From the IMG/VR virus record IMGVR_UViG_3300005805_000071, positions 1 through 64,000 of that record: a stretch of DNA of 64,000 bases; one strand, written 5' to 3'. The position numbers and the translations under genes are program-made. The notes beneath the pieces were generated by a model. It saw nothing but the letters and a program-made list of their open reading frames with translations, did not search any database and was not told the DNA's origin. The DNA comes from a virus. Lineage: Duplodnaviria > Caudoviricetes. Below, piece by piece: positions 30,834-42,600 of this stretch (positions are counted from its first letter, which is position 1; every line of letters starts with the position of its first letter).

Positions 30834-32521
30834 TATCTCTTACCTCTAATTCTTGGAAAAACTTGACCTGTAGTTGGTCTTGATTTATGATTTGTTGAAG
30901 GATGGATATGACCTTCATAACGTCTCTTTGGCCAATAATATAGATATCTATTATTATCAGTGCTGCCTATAGTAAAATAGGGAAATTCTGTTGGAGATAA
31001 TTGCCCATAGTTTGTCCACTCCTGAGAAGGTTCTTGCAAATGTAATTGACCACTTTTGCTACCATTACCAACAGTTAAATATTCCATAACTTCTTCTTGT
31101 GTCATATCTGGTTGCTGTTCCAATAGACATGCCACAACTCCAGTAACCTGAGGAGTAGCCATACTAGTCCCACCAGTCGCCGCAAGTTTGTAGTTACTAT
31201 CTCTTGGATCATTTACTATAACTCCACCCAGATCATCACTAGTGTTGTAAATAGATGAGATTATATTTTCACCAGGAGCCCATATATCAATAGCGGGTCC
31301 AAAATCACTAAAGTCAGCTTTAACATCTAAAAATAAACCATCAACAGCACCAACACAAACTACTCCATCAGCGTCAGCTGGAGTTGAACCTCTAGTATGA
31401 TAGTATGTAACTCCATTATGGATAAATCTATTATCATAGTCAATATCTCCTGGAACAGAGTGTTGCCAATAACCGTTCCCAGCGGCCGCAAGTACTAAAA
31501 CACCATCGGCAATAGCATCTACTATGTCCGCATCCACAGAAGTCTGTCTGGCTGGTATCCTAGTAACAAAGTTAGTATATGGAACAGGCACACCATTAGA
31601 TTCTAAAATCTGTCTTTTTTGTGATGTTGTCAGACCAGATAATCCTGTAGTAGTACCTCTAAATGTTACAGAAGATATTCCACTTAAATTGAACGTAGAA
31701 TTATAAGAATAACCCCAACTATTATTTGTTATTGTTGGATTCCTTCTACCTGTTACTGGATTTATTGGTTTGTTTTTATGAAACGCTCTAATATAATCAA
31801 ATAACAATAATGTCCAAGAAGTTAGACTAGGAGACTGAGTATAGAACGGAGAGATATTGTAAATATTTGCATCTCTAGCCCATCCTTGTGTATTTCCTGC
31901 TGCTGTTCCAGCAACATGAGTTCCATGACTGCCAGTGAAATCATATGTGTAATTTAGACCAGTAACAATTCCTAGATAGCTACTATATGTTTGAAACCAG
32001 TCTATTAAATTAGCTCTAGAACCTCCAGATCCATCTGGATTTACTGCAAACTCAGGATGATTTTGATTGATATGCTCATCAACAATTACAACATCAACAT
32101 GTCTACCAGAACTACTAGTTCTTATAGTATCTGAAATTGTATTATAGTCTCCATCTTCACCCCAGTTGTCTGTTGGTTCCTCACCAGTTATACATCTCCA
32201 CAAACCCCAATTTTTATCATTACTAGTAAAAGTAGAATATACATCTTTAGCAAAATCACCAGTTTGAGTCCACATTAGTACTGGTGTCAATCCTCTTTCT
32301 TCAGGTGTTAATTGAACATCCAATACTCTGGGATCTTGTCTTACAACATCCGCCTCCTCATCTGTCAGTAAATAGTGAGTATTCCTACTAATTGGTCTTC
32401 TCAGATGACAATCTACCTTTCTTTCTGGAATATACAGATTCCCTCCAGGAGTCTCCATATCCTCATAGAAATTATCAAGATCCTCAAAGTTTTTTAGTGT
32501 TACTATATATTCTTTTTGCAT
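30833..32521 (-). CDS. Subtilisin-like serine protease (S8)
   Basis: Catalytic triad motifs VDVVIVD, SHGTHVAGTAAG and GGTSMATPQVTG; oxyanion Asn in VLAAAGN; I9-like prodomain EYIVTLK. Confidence 0.92.
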   Translation of the reverse strand: MQKEYIVTLKNFEDLDNFYEDMETPGGNLYIPERKVDCHLRRPISRNTHYLLTDEEADVVRQDPRVLDVQLTPEERGLTPVLMWTQTGDFAKDVYSTFTSNDKNWGLWRCITGEEPTDNWGEDGDYNTISDTIRTSSSGRHVDVVIVDEHINQNHPEFAVNPDGSGGSRANLIDWFQTYSSYLGIVTGLNYTYDFTGSHGTHVAGTAAGNTQGWARDANIYNISPFYTQSPSLTSWTLLLFDYIRAFHKNKPINPVTGRRNPTITNNSWGYSYNSTFNLSGISSVTFRGTTTGLSGLTTSQKRQILESNGVPVPYTNFVTRIPARQTSVDADIVDAIADGVLVLAAAGNGYWQHSVPGDIDYDNRFIHNGVTYYHTRGSTPADADGVVCVGAVDGLFLDVKADFSDFGPAIDIWAPGENIISSIYNTSDDLGGVIVNDPRDSNYKLAATGGTSMATPQVTGVVACLLEQQPDMTQEEVMEYLTVGNGSKSGQLHLQEPSQEWTNYGQLSPTEFPYFTIGSTDNNRYLYYWPKRRYEGHIHPSTNHKSRPTTGQVFPRIRGKR

Positions 32522-32522
32522 A

Positions 32523-33626
32523 TTAGAGTTCCAACTGAAGTAAAGTTAAAGTTACCTCAACAGTACCAGTAGAACCAGATAAATTTTTAACTTTTAAATA
32601 TATGGTTCCAGATGGTACATTATCATTATTAAATCCTAAAGTTCCTGGTGTTAGCAATACAGTTTGATTTCCATTAGTTATAACTTCAGCAATAACTCCA
32701 GAACCAGGATACGGATCAGTAGTTTCACTCCTAGATGCATCATTAGTTCTAGAAGTTTGATCTGTATATACTGTTACCCAAGCAGCTCTATTAGTAGAAA
32801 TTTTCATCAACAAATATGATTTAAATCCTGTAACATCGATATTCTGACTAGCGTTATTTGCTAGTGATGAAGAAGTTGCAGAAATAGTTCCTCTAGATGG
32901 TGCGAGTGTGGTTGGTTTATTTGAAAGATCATCGTAACTTAACTGACCATTAACAAAATTACTGCCATTGTATTTAAGAACTTGACCTGAAGATGGTGCA
33001 GTAACAACTACATCATCTAATTCATCTAAAGTTAATGCACCTGTCTCCAAATTTGGTAAATTGCTTAAATCATTATAATCACCAGAAAAAGCAACATCAG
33101 AAAACGGTGCAGGACTAAGTGCAGTTGGTTTATTCGTTAGATCATTCCAACTTCCAGAAAACAAAGATGGTTTAAATAAAAGATCGGTGTAACTTCCAGA
33201 TGTGGCAACAGTAGATAAAACTGGACGATTTGTTAGATCATTATAATTACCAGTTATAGAAACAGTTGATAATGTTGGTTTATCTATCAAATCGTCATAG
33301 GCACCAGAAAATAATGCTGGTTTATTTAAGATATAAGACGGTCCTGATGTTGCTGCCCAGTCAGATTGAACTTGTGCAGCTGGAATGGTCGGTAAATTTG
33401 ATAGATCATTATAACTTAACTTTGCACTAACAAACTGAGAACCATTGGATCTTAGTACATTTCCAGATATTACACTGTTAATGTCTATAGACAAATTAAT
33501 ACCATCTTCACCCAAAGAATTATATAGTTCATTTATAGAACTATTAATTTTTTGGGCACCAGATCTAATACTATCACCAGTGCCATCATTAGCTTGTGAA
33601 CCAACATTAATTAGCTGTTTTGCCAT
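32523..33626 (-). CDS. gp9/gp10-like baseplate-fibre connector with 7 Y/W-x-DL-xx-(K/L/R)P repeats
   Basis: N-terminus MAKQLINVGSQANDGTGDSIRSGAQKIN is the T4 gp9/gp10 signature. Confidence 0.75.
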   Translation of the reverse strand: MAKQLINVGSQANDGTGDSIRSGAQKINSSINELYNSLGEDGINLSIDINSVISGNVLRSNGSQFVSAKLSYNDLSNLPTIPAAQVQSDWAATSGPSYILNKPALFSGAYDDLIDKPTLSTVSITGNYNDLTNRPVLSTVATSGSYTDLLFKPSLFSGSWNDLTNKPTALSPAPFSDVAFSGDYNDLSNLPNLETGALTLDELDDVVVTAPSSGQVLKYNGSNFVNGQLSYDDLSNKPTTLAPSRGTISATSSSLANNASQNIDVTGFKSYLLMKISTNRAAWVTVYTDQTSRTNDASRSETTDPYPGSGVIAEVITNGNQTVLLTPGTLGFNNDNVPSGTIYLKVKNLSGSTGTVEVTLTLLQLEL

Positions 33627-33648
33627 TTTTTTAGTTTCTCTATGTACT

Positions 33649-33655
33649 TATTTAT
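33649..33655 (-). promoter_or_regulatory. Late promoter ATAAATA upstream of the gp9-like gene and S8 protease
   Basis: Intergenic. Confidence 0.75.
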
Positions 33656-33663
33656 GAATAATT

Positions 33664-36600
33664 TTATACCTGATCAAATGTCACAGCATTAGTATCCCAA
33701 GAAGCCTCATTATCATCAAATTTAAACTCAAATCCTTCTGGAGGTGGTGGAACATCATATACTATATCAACAGTAGGATATGCATAACCAGATCCCCTGT
33801 TATTTACAACAACTCTAGAAACACCTACCTGTGCTCTTGCTTGAGCATCAAATCCAGTTAAAGAGTTGAAGGATATGATTGGTTCTGATGTATATCCTTC
33901 ACCACCAGAAGTTAACTGAATATTTTTAATTCTTCCATTAATAATTTCAGTTAAAGCTTCAGCACCATTTCCTAAAACACTTCCAAGATAATCAAAAGTT
34001 ATTAATGAATTCGAAGATTCGATAACCGCAACAGTTCTATCTTCAAGTTCCCCTTCTATACGTAATTTATCTCCAATTTCAACTGGAGGAATTACATCTA
34101 CAGAAATAACATCAGTATCAGAACCAATATAAGAGAATGCAACAAAAGTAGAACCAGCTCTGGGAACCTCAGCAAAAATAACTCTAGAACCAACAAGTTC
34201 AAATGCAACACCAGGTTCCTGAATAACTCCATTTAAGGATATAATAATATTATTTTCTGGTCTAATTGTTGATGATTGAACTCCATCGGTAAGTGTTAGT
34301 GAATAGAAAGAATCATTCAACTTCAAGTTGAAAGTACTTCTAAGTGAATCAAATTGGAATCCAATATCATCTAACTGGCGTAATTTTCCTAGATATACTG
34401 CACTAAACAATGATCCAATTGTAGGTGGTTCTGAGAATTGAACAGTATCACCAAATATAGTATAACTGGATCCAGGTGGTTGTAAAACACCATTTAAGAA
34501 TAGTAATAAATGACCGTCTTCTGGTGGGAAATAAGGATCGCCATTATTTTCAGTTAACGCAAAAGTATCTTGTATTCCATTAAATCCAACAAAAGATCTA
34601 GAAACTCTACCAGCAACTTCGACTACGTTTGTAACCGCTGCTCTATAGTTATATGAAGCAATAACCTGAGAATATGGGGAAAGATTGCCAACAACATTTC
34701 CTAGATATAGTCGATATCCTAATCCAATTTGAGATATCTTAGTTATTGTTGCATATGATTCTGTTGCAGTAATTAATACATTACTTATAGTACCACTTCC
34801 AGATGGGAAAACTTCACCGTCGTCAAAATAGGAAACTACGTTACCAGTAACAAAATCATCTTCTGTAAAATTAGCAACATAGATATATGCTTGAGAGTCA
34901 TTATTAATAAGTTCTACATTTAGAATTTTTGCGGAACTTGTTGTAGGAATAAGACCATTCACTTTAAATAATGTAGATCCAATTGGGAATTTTGAACCAA
35001 CCTGAGCATTTATATCAACCGTTAGCCTTACTGTTCTTGTTGTTCTAATAATATCATTTATACCAACAAGAGTTCCTTGAGGATCAACAATATCAATATA
35101 ATGAGAAGTATTATTTGAATATACTAATCTAGAAGGTAAAAACTCTCCTTGCAATGCTTCAGTCTCTAGAGTTAATTTGGAACCAGTATTCGATAAAATT
35201 GGACATACATTATAATCAAAATTATTTGAAGTGAGATCAGCACCAGAATATAATCCACTGATATATTCATCAGATCCAAACGATCCTATAACATTTACTA
35301 GTTGAACTCTATTTGTAATTGATGTAATTGTAGCTAAGTAACCATTATCATCTATTAGTGTGTGACCTACCGAGAACTGTCCAGAAGTCATAGACACATC
35401 GATATAGCTAACAAATTCTCCGTTTTCAGTTGATACTATAGTACCAGTGGTTCCAGGGAAACCCTGTCTAGTTACACTTGTATTATGTGAGAATACTTCA
35501 TCAGGATCATTATATTGTATTTCTAATCTACGAAGAATATTTTTAACATATCCCCTATTATTAATTATAGATTCAACTTCAGCAAATTCACCGCTAGTAG
35601 ATCCATAGATATAATCTCCAACAGATAAAGATCCTTTAATTGGTGTAAATGGTTCTCTTGAAGGATATGATTTTTGTGGGACAGATAAAGAATTTACACC
35701 AATAATTTGATTTATCTCTATATAAGAGGAATTATTCAATGTACCTAATAAAATAGACATATTATCAGTAATGAAATTCTGGATTTCTGTCAAATTCGAT
35801 CCAGTGATACTAATATTTGGATCTGTATATGCGTATTGTCCAGAAGCCGTTGCTGGAGAAGTTAGAGTTTCCGCAACTGCAAGTTTCATATAATCCAATA
35901 CTCTATTATATGCATATATACTTTGAACTAACTCTCCCTCCAAAGATACAATCGTTCCAGTTGTAGCATCGATATAGGATAACGTAGCATTCAGTATACC
36001 AGTATTGCCGTTAGTAAGTAAATCATACACAATAGCATCAATAATATATCCCATATCACGTAAACATTTTGCATTTCCACCAGGAATACTAAAACTTGGA
36101 TATTGGTTTAATGTTCTTTGAAGTGATTCGTACTTAATATATTCTTTATTAAATAGGAGCAGTTTAGCTGCATCTCTGTATAGTTTATTTGCATTGCTTT
36201 CCGACTGTCTAGTAACATGATTCATGTTACCATTGGTTACAGCAGTAGTTAATATTGAGAATAGTGTGGTAATTGATGATGCTACGTTAGCGCAAGTTGG
36301 ATTGCTCGGATCCACCTCAATCGTATTATCAATGACTTGAGTAAGAGATGAATAACCACCAATAGTAATGGATTGATTACGCATAGCTTCAATTGCCATG
36401 TCTCTTGCTTGATTGAAAGCATAATTCGATTGAATTTGTTCTCCAGAGAGATATGAATTAATTGTATATACTTGAGAATAATCGAAGGTACGAGCATTAC
36501 CACCATTTCTCAAATCATAGATTATAGCATCTAAAATATCTACAATATCATCAATACAATTTTGATTACCATTAGGAATTGTAAATGCTGGATATGCATT

Positions 36601-39600
36601 TAACATTCTACCAACAGCAACTTCAGCAATTAATTGTTTGTTAGATTCAATTAAGTTTGATGCATCATAATATCTTCCGAAGAACGAATTTCTTTCTGGT
36701 ATGAGAATACCAATACCAATATTGAATAATGTATCTATAGTTGCCTTTATTCTTTCGCAATTTCCACCATAAGTTCCATCATCAGCAGGGATAGTTAAGT
36801 CTTTATATTTTGGTGCAGTCGCGCCATAAGTGGTAGCATATTCCGAAGATGTTGTACCGCTAATAATCCAGTTATCAACTGCATACTGAGAAAGTTCATT
36901 AACCTTTTCAAATGCTATTACAGTTTGTAGAAGTTCATCTTTTACATATTCTATTTCTGCATTTCCGATATAGAATTCCATAGCACTAATAATATTATCA
37001 TTACCACCTGTTAACATGTCTGCAATTATAGAAGGGATAATATAATCAGTTATATCTCTTTCACATTTAGATGAGTTTCCATTTGGATATGTTAATGCAG
37101 TATAATTAACTCCATTCAACTGATATGTGAAGTAATTTTCAATATAACCTGTTGCTTCTTGTGCAATAAAATTACGATTAAACCATAATTGATTAGCAGC
37201 ATCTATATAAGCTTGATCTACTGGCGACAGTATAGTATTAATAAGAGTCCATAGGGAATCTATTGCGGACCTAACATCTGCACAAGCACCAGGATCTACA
37301 ATAACATCATAAGGAGGAACTGGTAATATATCTGAATATAATGGTGTATCACTTAAATTACCTATAACTGCATCCTGACATAACTCACTCATCTGAGTAT
37401 GAGCATAGAGACTTTGTAGAATCTGTAGTTTTATAAATCTCAAACCACCATTAGAATCTAGATAGAATCTTGCTGCAGTTGTGGTATTATAATTACCACC
37501 CACTTCAATATCTTCTGCTACAGCATCCAATAGTAATGATAAATCTAATTTACAACGATTAGTTCCTTCAATATTACCTCCCTCATCTCCAGGAATAATC
37601 AGATCTGGATATCTAGATTTCATTCTACCAGCAGCTTCTTCAACAATATGAGCAGCATTTAATCTAATTAAATTTGCAGCGTCTCTAAATCTATGTCTAT
37701 TATCGAGGTCTATTTGACCAGTGATAATTTTCTTATTGTTTGTCTGTATTTGATTAACAGTGAACGGAACAGTTAAATACTGTGATGTTACAGCGGATAC
37801 TGATCCAGAAGTTATTGTTTCACCCAAATTGAAATCACCAGATTGATTTCCTAAGAAAAGTGTTTTAAGTGCATAATTTATTCCAATAATCTCTGCTGTT
37901 TCCCCTGAATCTGAACCAGTTATAATATCTCCCTGGAAGAAATTACCTCCAGAAAGAGTGTGATATGTTAATCTCTTGGATACAATAATTTCACCAGAAG
38001 TAAAATCATCACTTTCATTAATATAATTAACATATAAACTCTGCAATAAATCATTTGCAATTACATTAGTTCCTGTATTATAATTAAAATCTAAAACTAT
38101 ATTAGTAATATCTTCAAAAGGAACGAAGTTTATTTCATATTTCTGCTCATCATCTTCGATATTTACTACTTCAACAACACTATTACCAATATCATCCAAA
38201 ATTGTATTTGGTCTATCTGGAATAATTTCTCTAGAGAATATCAATCCTGTAAAAGTGCTAGGATCACTAATAGAAATTGACGAAATTGGTTGTTCTGTTG
38301 AAGGATCTAAATATGGTGAAAGTGTTGTAATTCGTGCAAAAACTCCTGTTCTTGCACTTAAAATATAGTCACCTATATCTAAATCTAATACGCCTGATGG
38401 ATTTAGATAAGTTCCTGAAGTTTTACTAATTGTAATCTCATTTGTAACAATATTATTTGTCGTATTAAGATTAATTTCTTCAACAACAGCAGTATCTTTA
38501 GTTGTGTTAGTTATTACTTCTTCAAATTGATAAATGTTATCAACGTTGAAGGTCTCTTGAGATACTAGGATTGCATTCATTCCTGTTGCAGTTGAGATGA
38601 TAACCTCACCATTCTCAAATCCATCTCCAGTTATATTATATACTCTTAGTGATCCTGATGTTGATTGAACAATGTTGGCTGTAGTATTAGTAGTAATACC
38701 TCTAATTGATCCACCAAATTCAGGTAAAATTCCAGATAGGTTTGAAATATTAAGAATTTGAGTAGGAACAAATTGCAGTGTCAGTTTAGCATAGCTAATT
38801 TTTGTTGGAGCAGCTGGAGGTTCAGTGAAAATTATATTTCCCTGCTGTACTACGAACGAAGATCCTGGAGGTTGTATAACACCATTAATAGTGATTAAGA
38901 ACTGACTACTATCTGCAATAACAGGTTCTCCTAGAATTGTTAGTGGAAAAGCTGTTCGTTCTCCATCAAAGAGATTGGAAATATCATCTAGTCTTTGTAC
39001 GACAGATGTTAAAATTTCTTCAGATGTAGTTAATTTTTTGTTTCTAAATAAAACTTGAGTGTTATCAAAATCAGAGTATACTGGCTCAACAATAGCATAG
39101 TCTTGAATTGTTGAAACAACAGAACTTTCAATTAAATTAACGCTCTTTGTTAATTCAAATTCAGTTTTATTCGTTATTCCTTTCTTATTCTCTACAAGAT
39201 CAATTTCACCAAAAACTTTAAAACCAGCAGGATGCACGTTTTCAATTAAAGTTTCTCTCCATAGTTCAATTGGAACTGGTGATTTTATATTGTATGAGAA
39301 GTTTTGATATAGGTATGAATCTTGTATTTTTTGTACAATTTCTCCAAGTTTTCCTACATCCGAAGTAAATTTACCTGCAGTTGTGGTTGTTGAATCTACC
39401 TCAAGAACTCCCTTTGCATTACTAATACTATCAATTATTCCACTGGCTTTTGAAATTAAACCAGTTACAGGTTGACCAACTGTAAATACACCATCTATAT
39501 TTACAATTTTAAGAAGTCTTGGTCCAATTTGCCACCCATCATTAGTAGATACATATGCAGTTGCAGTTGCATTTTCATAAGTTTCACCTTGATAAATCAA

Positions 39601-42600
39601 TTCACCTGATAAAAATCTTCCAACTTCAACAATAGATTCTGCCGCTCCACCAAAAGAGTCGGTAAGAATAATCTGTCTTCCTGTACCAGCATTTACAAAA
39701 GAAATATAATTACCACTAATAGCATCTTGGGGTGTTAATGCGACTCTTAGTTGCTCATCTTCAAGACCATTTTCTAGTCCAGTAATAGCATAATAAGTTT
39801 GATTTGGATTTATATAACCAAAAGAAGTAAGAGGGAACTGAGTTCCTTCACCAACATCTTGATTTGTAAATGTTATTTCAGATCCACTCACAATTCCATG
39901 TGGGAATGAGAACTGGAATAAACCCAAATCAATGTTAACAACGTAAGTAAATGCAGACTTCAATGAAATAGTTGGAGCTGTAGAATAACCAGATCCAGTT
40001 TCTTTAACAATAATAGAGCTAAGTCTACCATTTCTAATTTCTGCTATAGCTGTAGCGCCAGATCCGCCGCCACCTTCAATTACTACTTCTGGTGCAGTAG
40101 TGTAACCAGTACCAGGATTAGTAATCTTAATACCACTAATTACGCTAGTACTTGTTAATTGTAAGTTAAGAGGGAATGTGATTTCTGGTCTTAATGTATA
40201 GTCATGGGTGTAATTAAATCCATAATTATTATTCTTTAAATTCTTAATTTTTCCAACTTGAGTACCCTTAGTGAATATAGATGCTCCAGAACCAAATGGG
40301 GGAATTTCAACTTCTAAAACAGCACCAGAACCACTTAAAAGTGGACCAAGAATACCATCAATAGCATCAACATCAATATAAGCTTGTGTGTACCCTTTTC
40401 CTGGATCTGTAATGGTTACTTCAACAATTTGACCAGCTGGATCTGTAGTTCCATCAACCAAGATTGAAACTTTTCCACCATTACCATCACCCAAGATAGG
40501 AATACCAAAGTATTGTCCAGCTGCATATTCGCTACCAGGTTCTATGATATTGACTCTTTCAATCTTTCTACTTGATTCAATTCCAGAAACAACAGGAAGT
40601 TTTTTATAAAATCCTCCTCCACTAATTAATTTTATAGACGAGATAGGTCCAGAGTCTTTCAGTGATTCTGTCGAATATGAAGATGATGCCGTAGTAGCGT
40701 TCTTTTCTGGCTCGTATGCCAAATTAAATTTAAATACATTTGGACCTTGAGTAATAGATCCACCATCTAAATCTGTAACTACAAATTTACCAATATAAGG
40801 ACTTAATTGAATGTCTAGATATGAATCGTTAGTAACTGGTCCATCAGCAGTTAGATTGGATGGATCAGCATAGTAAGTAATATTAGAAACATCATCCGTA
40901 ATCTTAAACGAAATATAAGGAGATGCTCCAGGTTGATCAAATCCAGGAGTACCACGTCTAACAATATTTTTGAAAGTATATTCAATCTTATACAAATTAT
41001 CTCTATAGAAAGATAGATAATGTCCCTGCATCGAAGGATCAGCTGTATCAAATGTATATTGCTGTCCGTAAATAAATCTAAATACTGGAGTTTTAACGTA
41101 AACTGATACAGTTTGAGCACTTGTAATATTTGATACTGGAATATCTCTCAATTCCAGGATAAATTCCTTTTTGGATATAACACTATGTACATCAAAAGTT
41201 CCATTTAGAGGTTCATAATTTACTGGAGATACTTGACAATATACTATATCACGAGTTTTTAAATAATGACTAGTTGCAGTTCTAACAAATATTAAATCGG
41301 TGTTATTTTTAGTATCGATCTGTAATACCTTAGTTAAATTTGTGATAATACTTATTTTAGTTACTGCGGTAAGATTTGTGATCGTAGCTTCTTTTCTATC
41401 ACTAGTAAAAGAAATATCATTACTGCTAATTGTTACAATTGATCCAACAACGTAAGATGATCCCTGAAGAACTTCATCAATTCTAATCAAATAGTCATTA
41501 TCAGAATAATCTTTAAAAATTCCAAAAATTTCATTAGGAATTTCAATATCAAAAGTTCCTGGTGTTGTATTATTTACTTCTGCAAAAACATATCCTTGAA
41601 TTTCATTTACAAAATTATCTGAACTTTGTAAATAACCAGTTGTCTCTGAGAATGACCCAGTTGCATCTCCAACTATTAGGTCATTATTTTCTAAATCTTT
41701 ATCAATAATTCTTGCAGTAGCAATAATAGCACCAAGATTATTTCTTTGATATAGAGTTGTTCCAACATTAAAATCAAATCCTTGATTCAAAGTTAATCTA
41801 AGAACATTATCAGTTTTTTCTGTCTGGAAATGTTTAAAGAAGAATTTATCAAAAGTTTTAGCACGAACCTTAACCTTACTTCCTCCAACTGTAGGAATCG
41901 TTGCCGTTCTGACTGACCATTTATCAAGTCTAACTGTTGGGATAGCATAATCTTGCGCTAATCCAGAAATAGCATTATTAAAATCTAAAATCTGCAAACC
42001 TTCTGGTGCTAGAGTATATGTTGATGATGAAATAATAACATCTTGCTCAGCAGCATTAGGAGTATACAATGATCTAGTGATTGCTATATCATTTGTAGTT
42101 AAGTTAATAGTACCTAATCTATCTGCATCAGCATTTTTATCCGTCTTAAATGAAAGACCAGATGGATTTCCGTAATCTGCTTTTAAATATCCTTCTGTTG
42201 GTACTCCAATAGTAGGATATGAACTATACCTAATATCATCAATCTTCATTGGCCAAGATTGATATGCTGTTGTTGATCCAAACTCAATCGTAGATGGACT
42301 TACATTTACGTTTTCTGAAATTGTTGCAGATAGAGTATCATTCCAATATAGTTTATATGTACTTACTCCTGAATTATATTCTTTTGTTACCTTTAAATGT
42401 ACCCAATCAGTAGTTAAATCGGTAATATGTGTAGATGTTGATGAAATCTGTGATACTGTAGCACCATCATTACTTAAACGAATTTTACCATATGTAGATG
42501 GTGAAGAAGTGTCAGCAAATACAACAACTCGTACTCCATTTACACCATCAGTAGCTCTTATTAATACTGGAGTTTTTGCAGTTGCAGTATTATCCCACTT

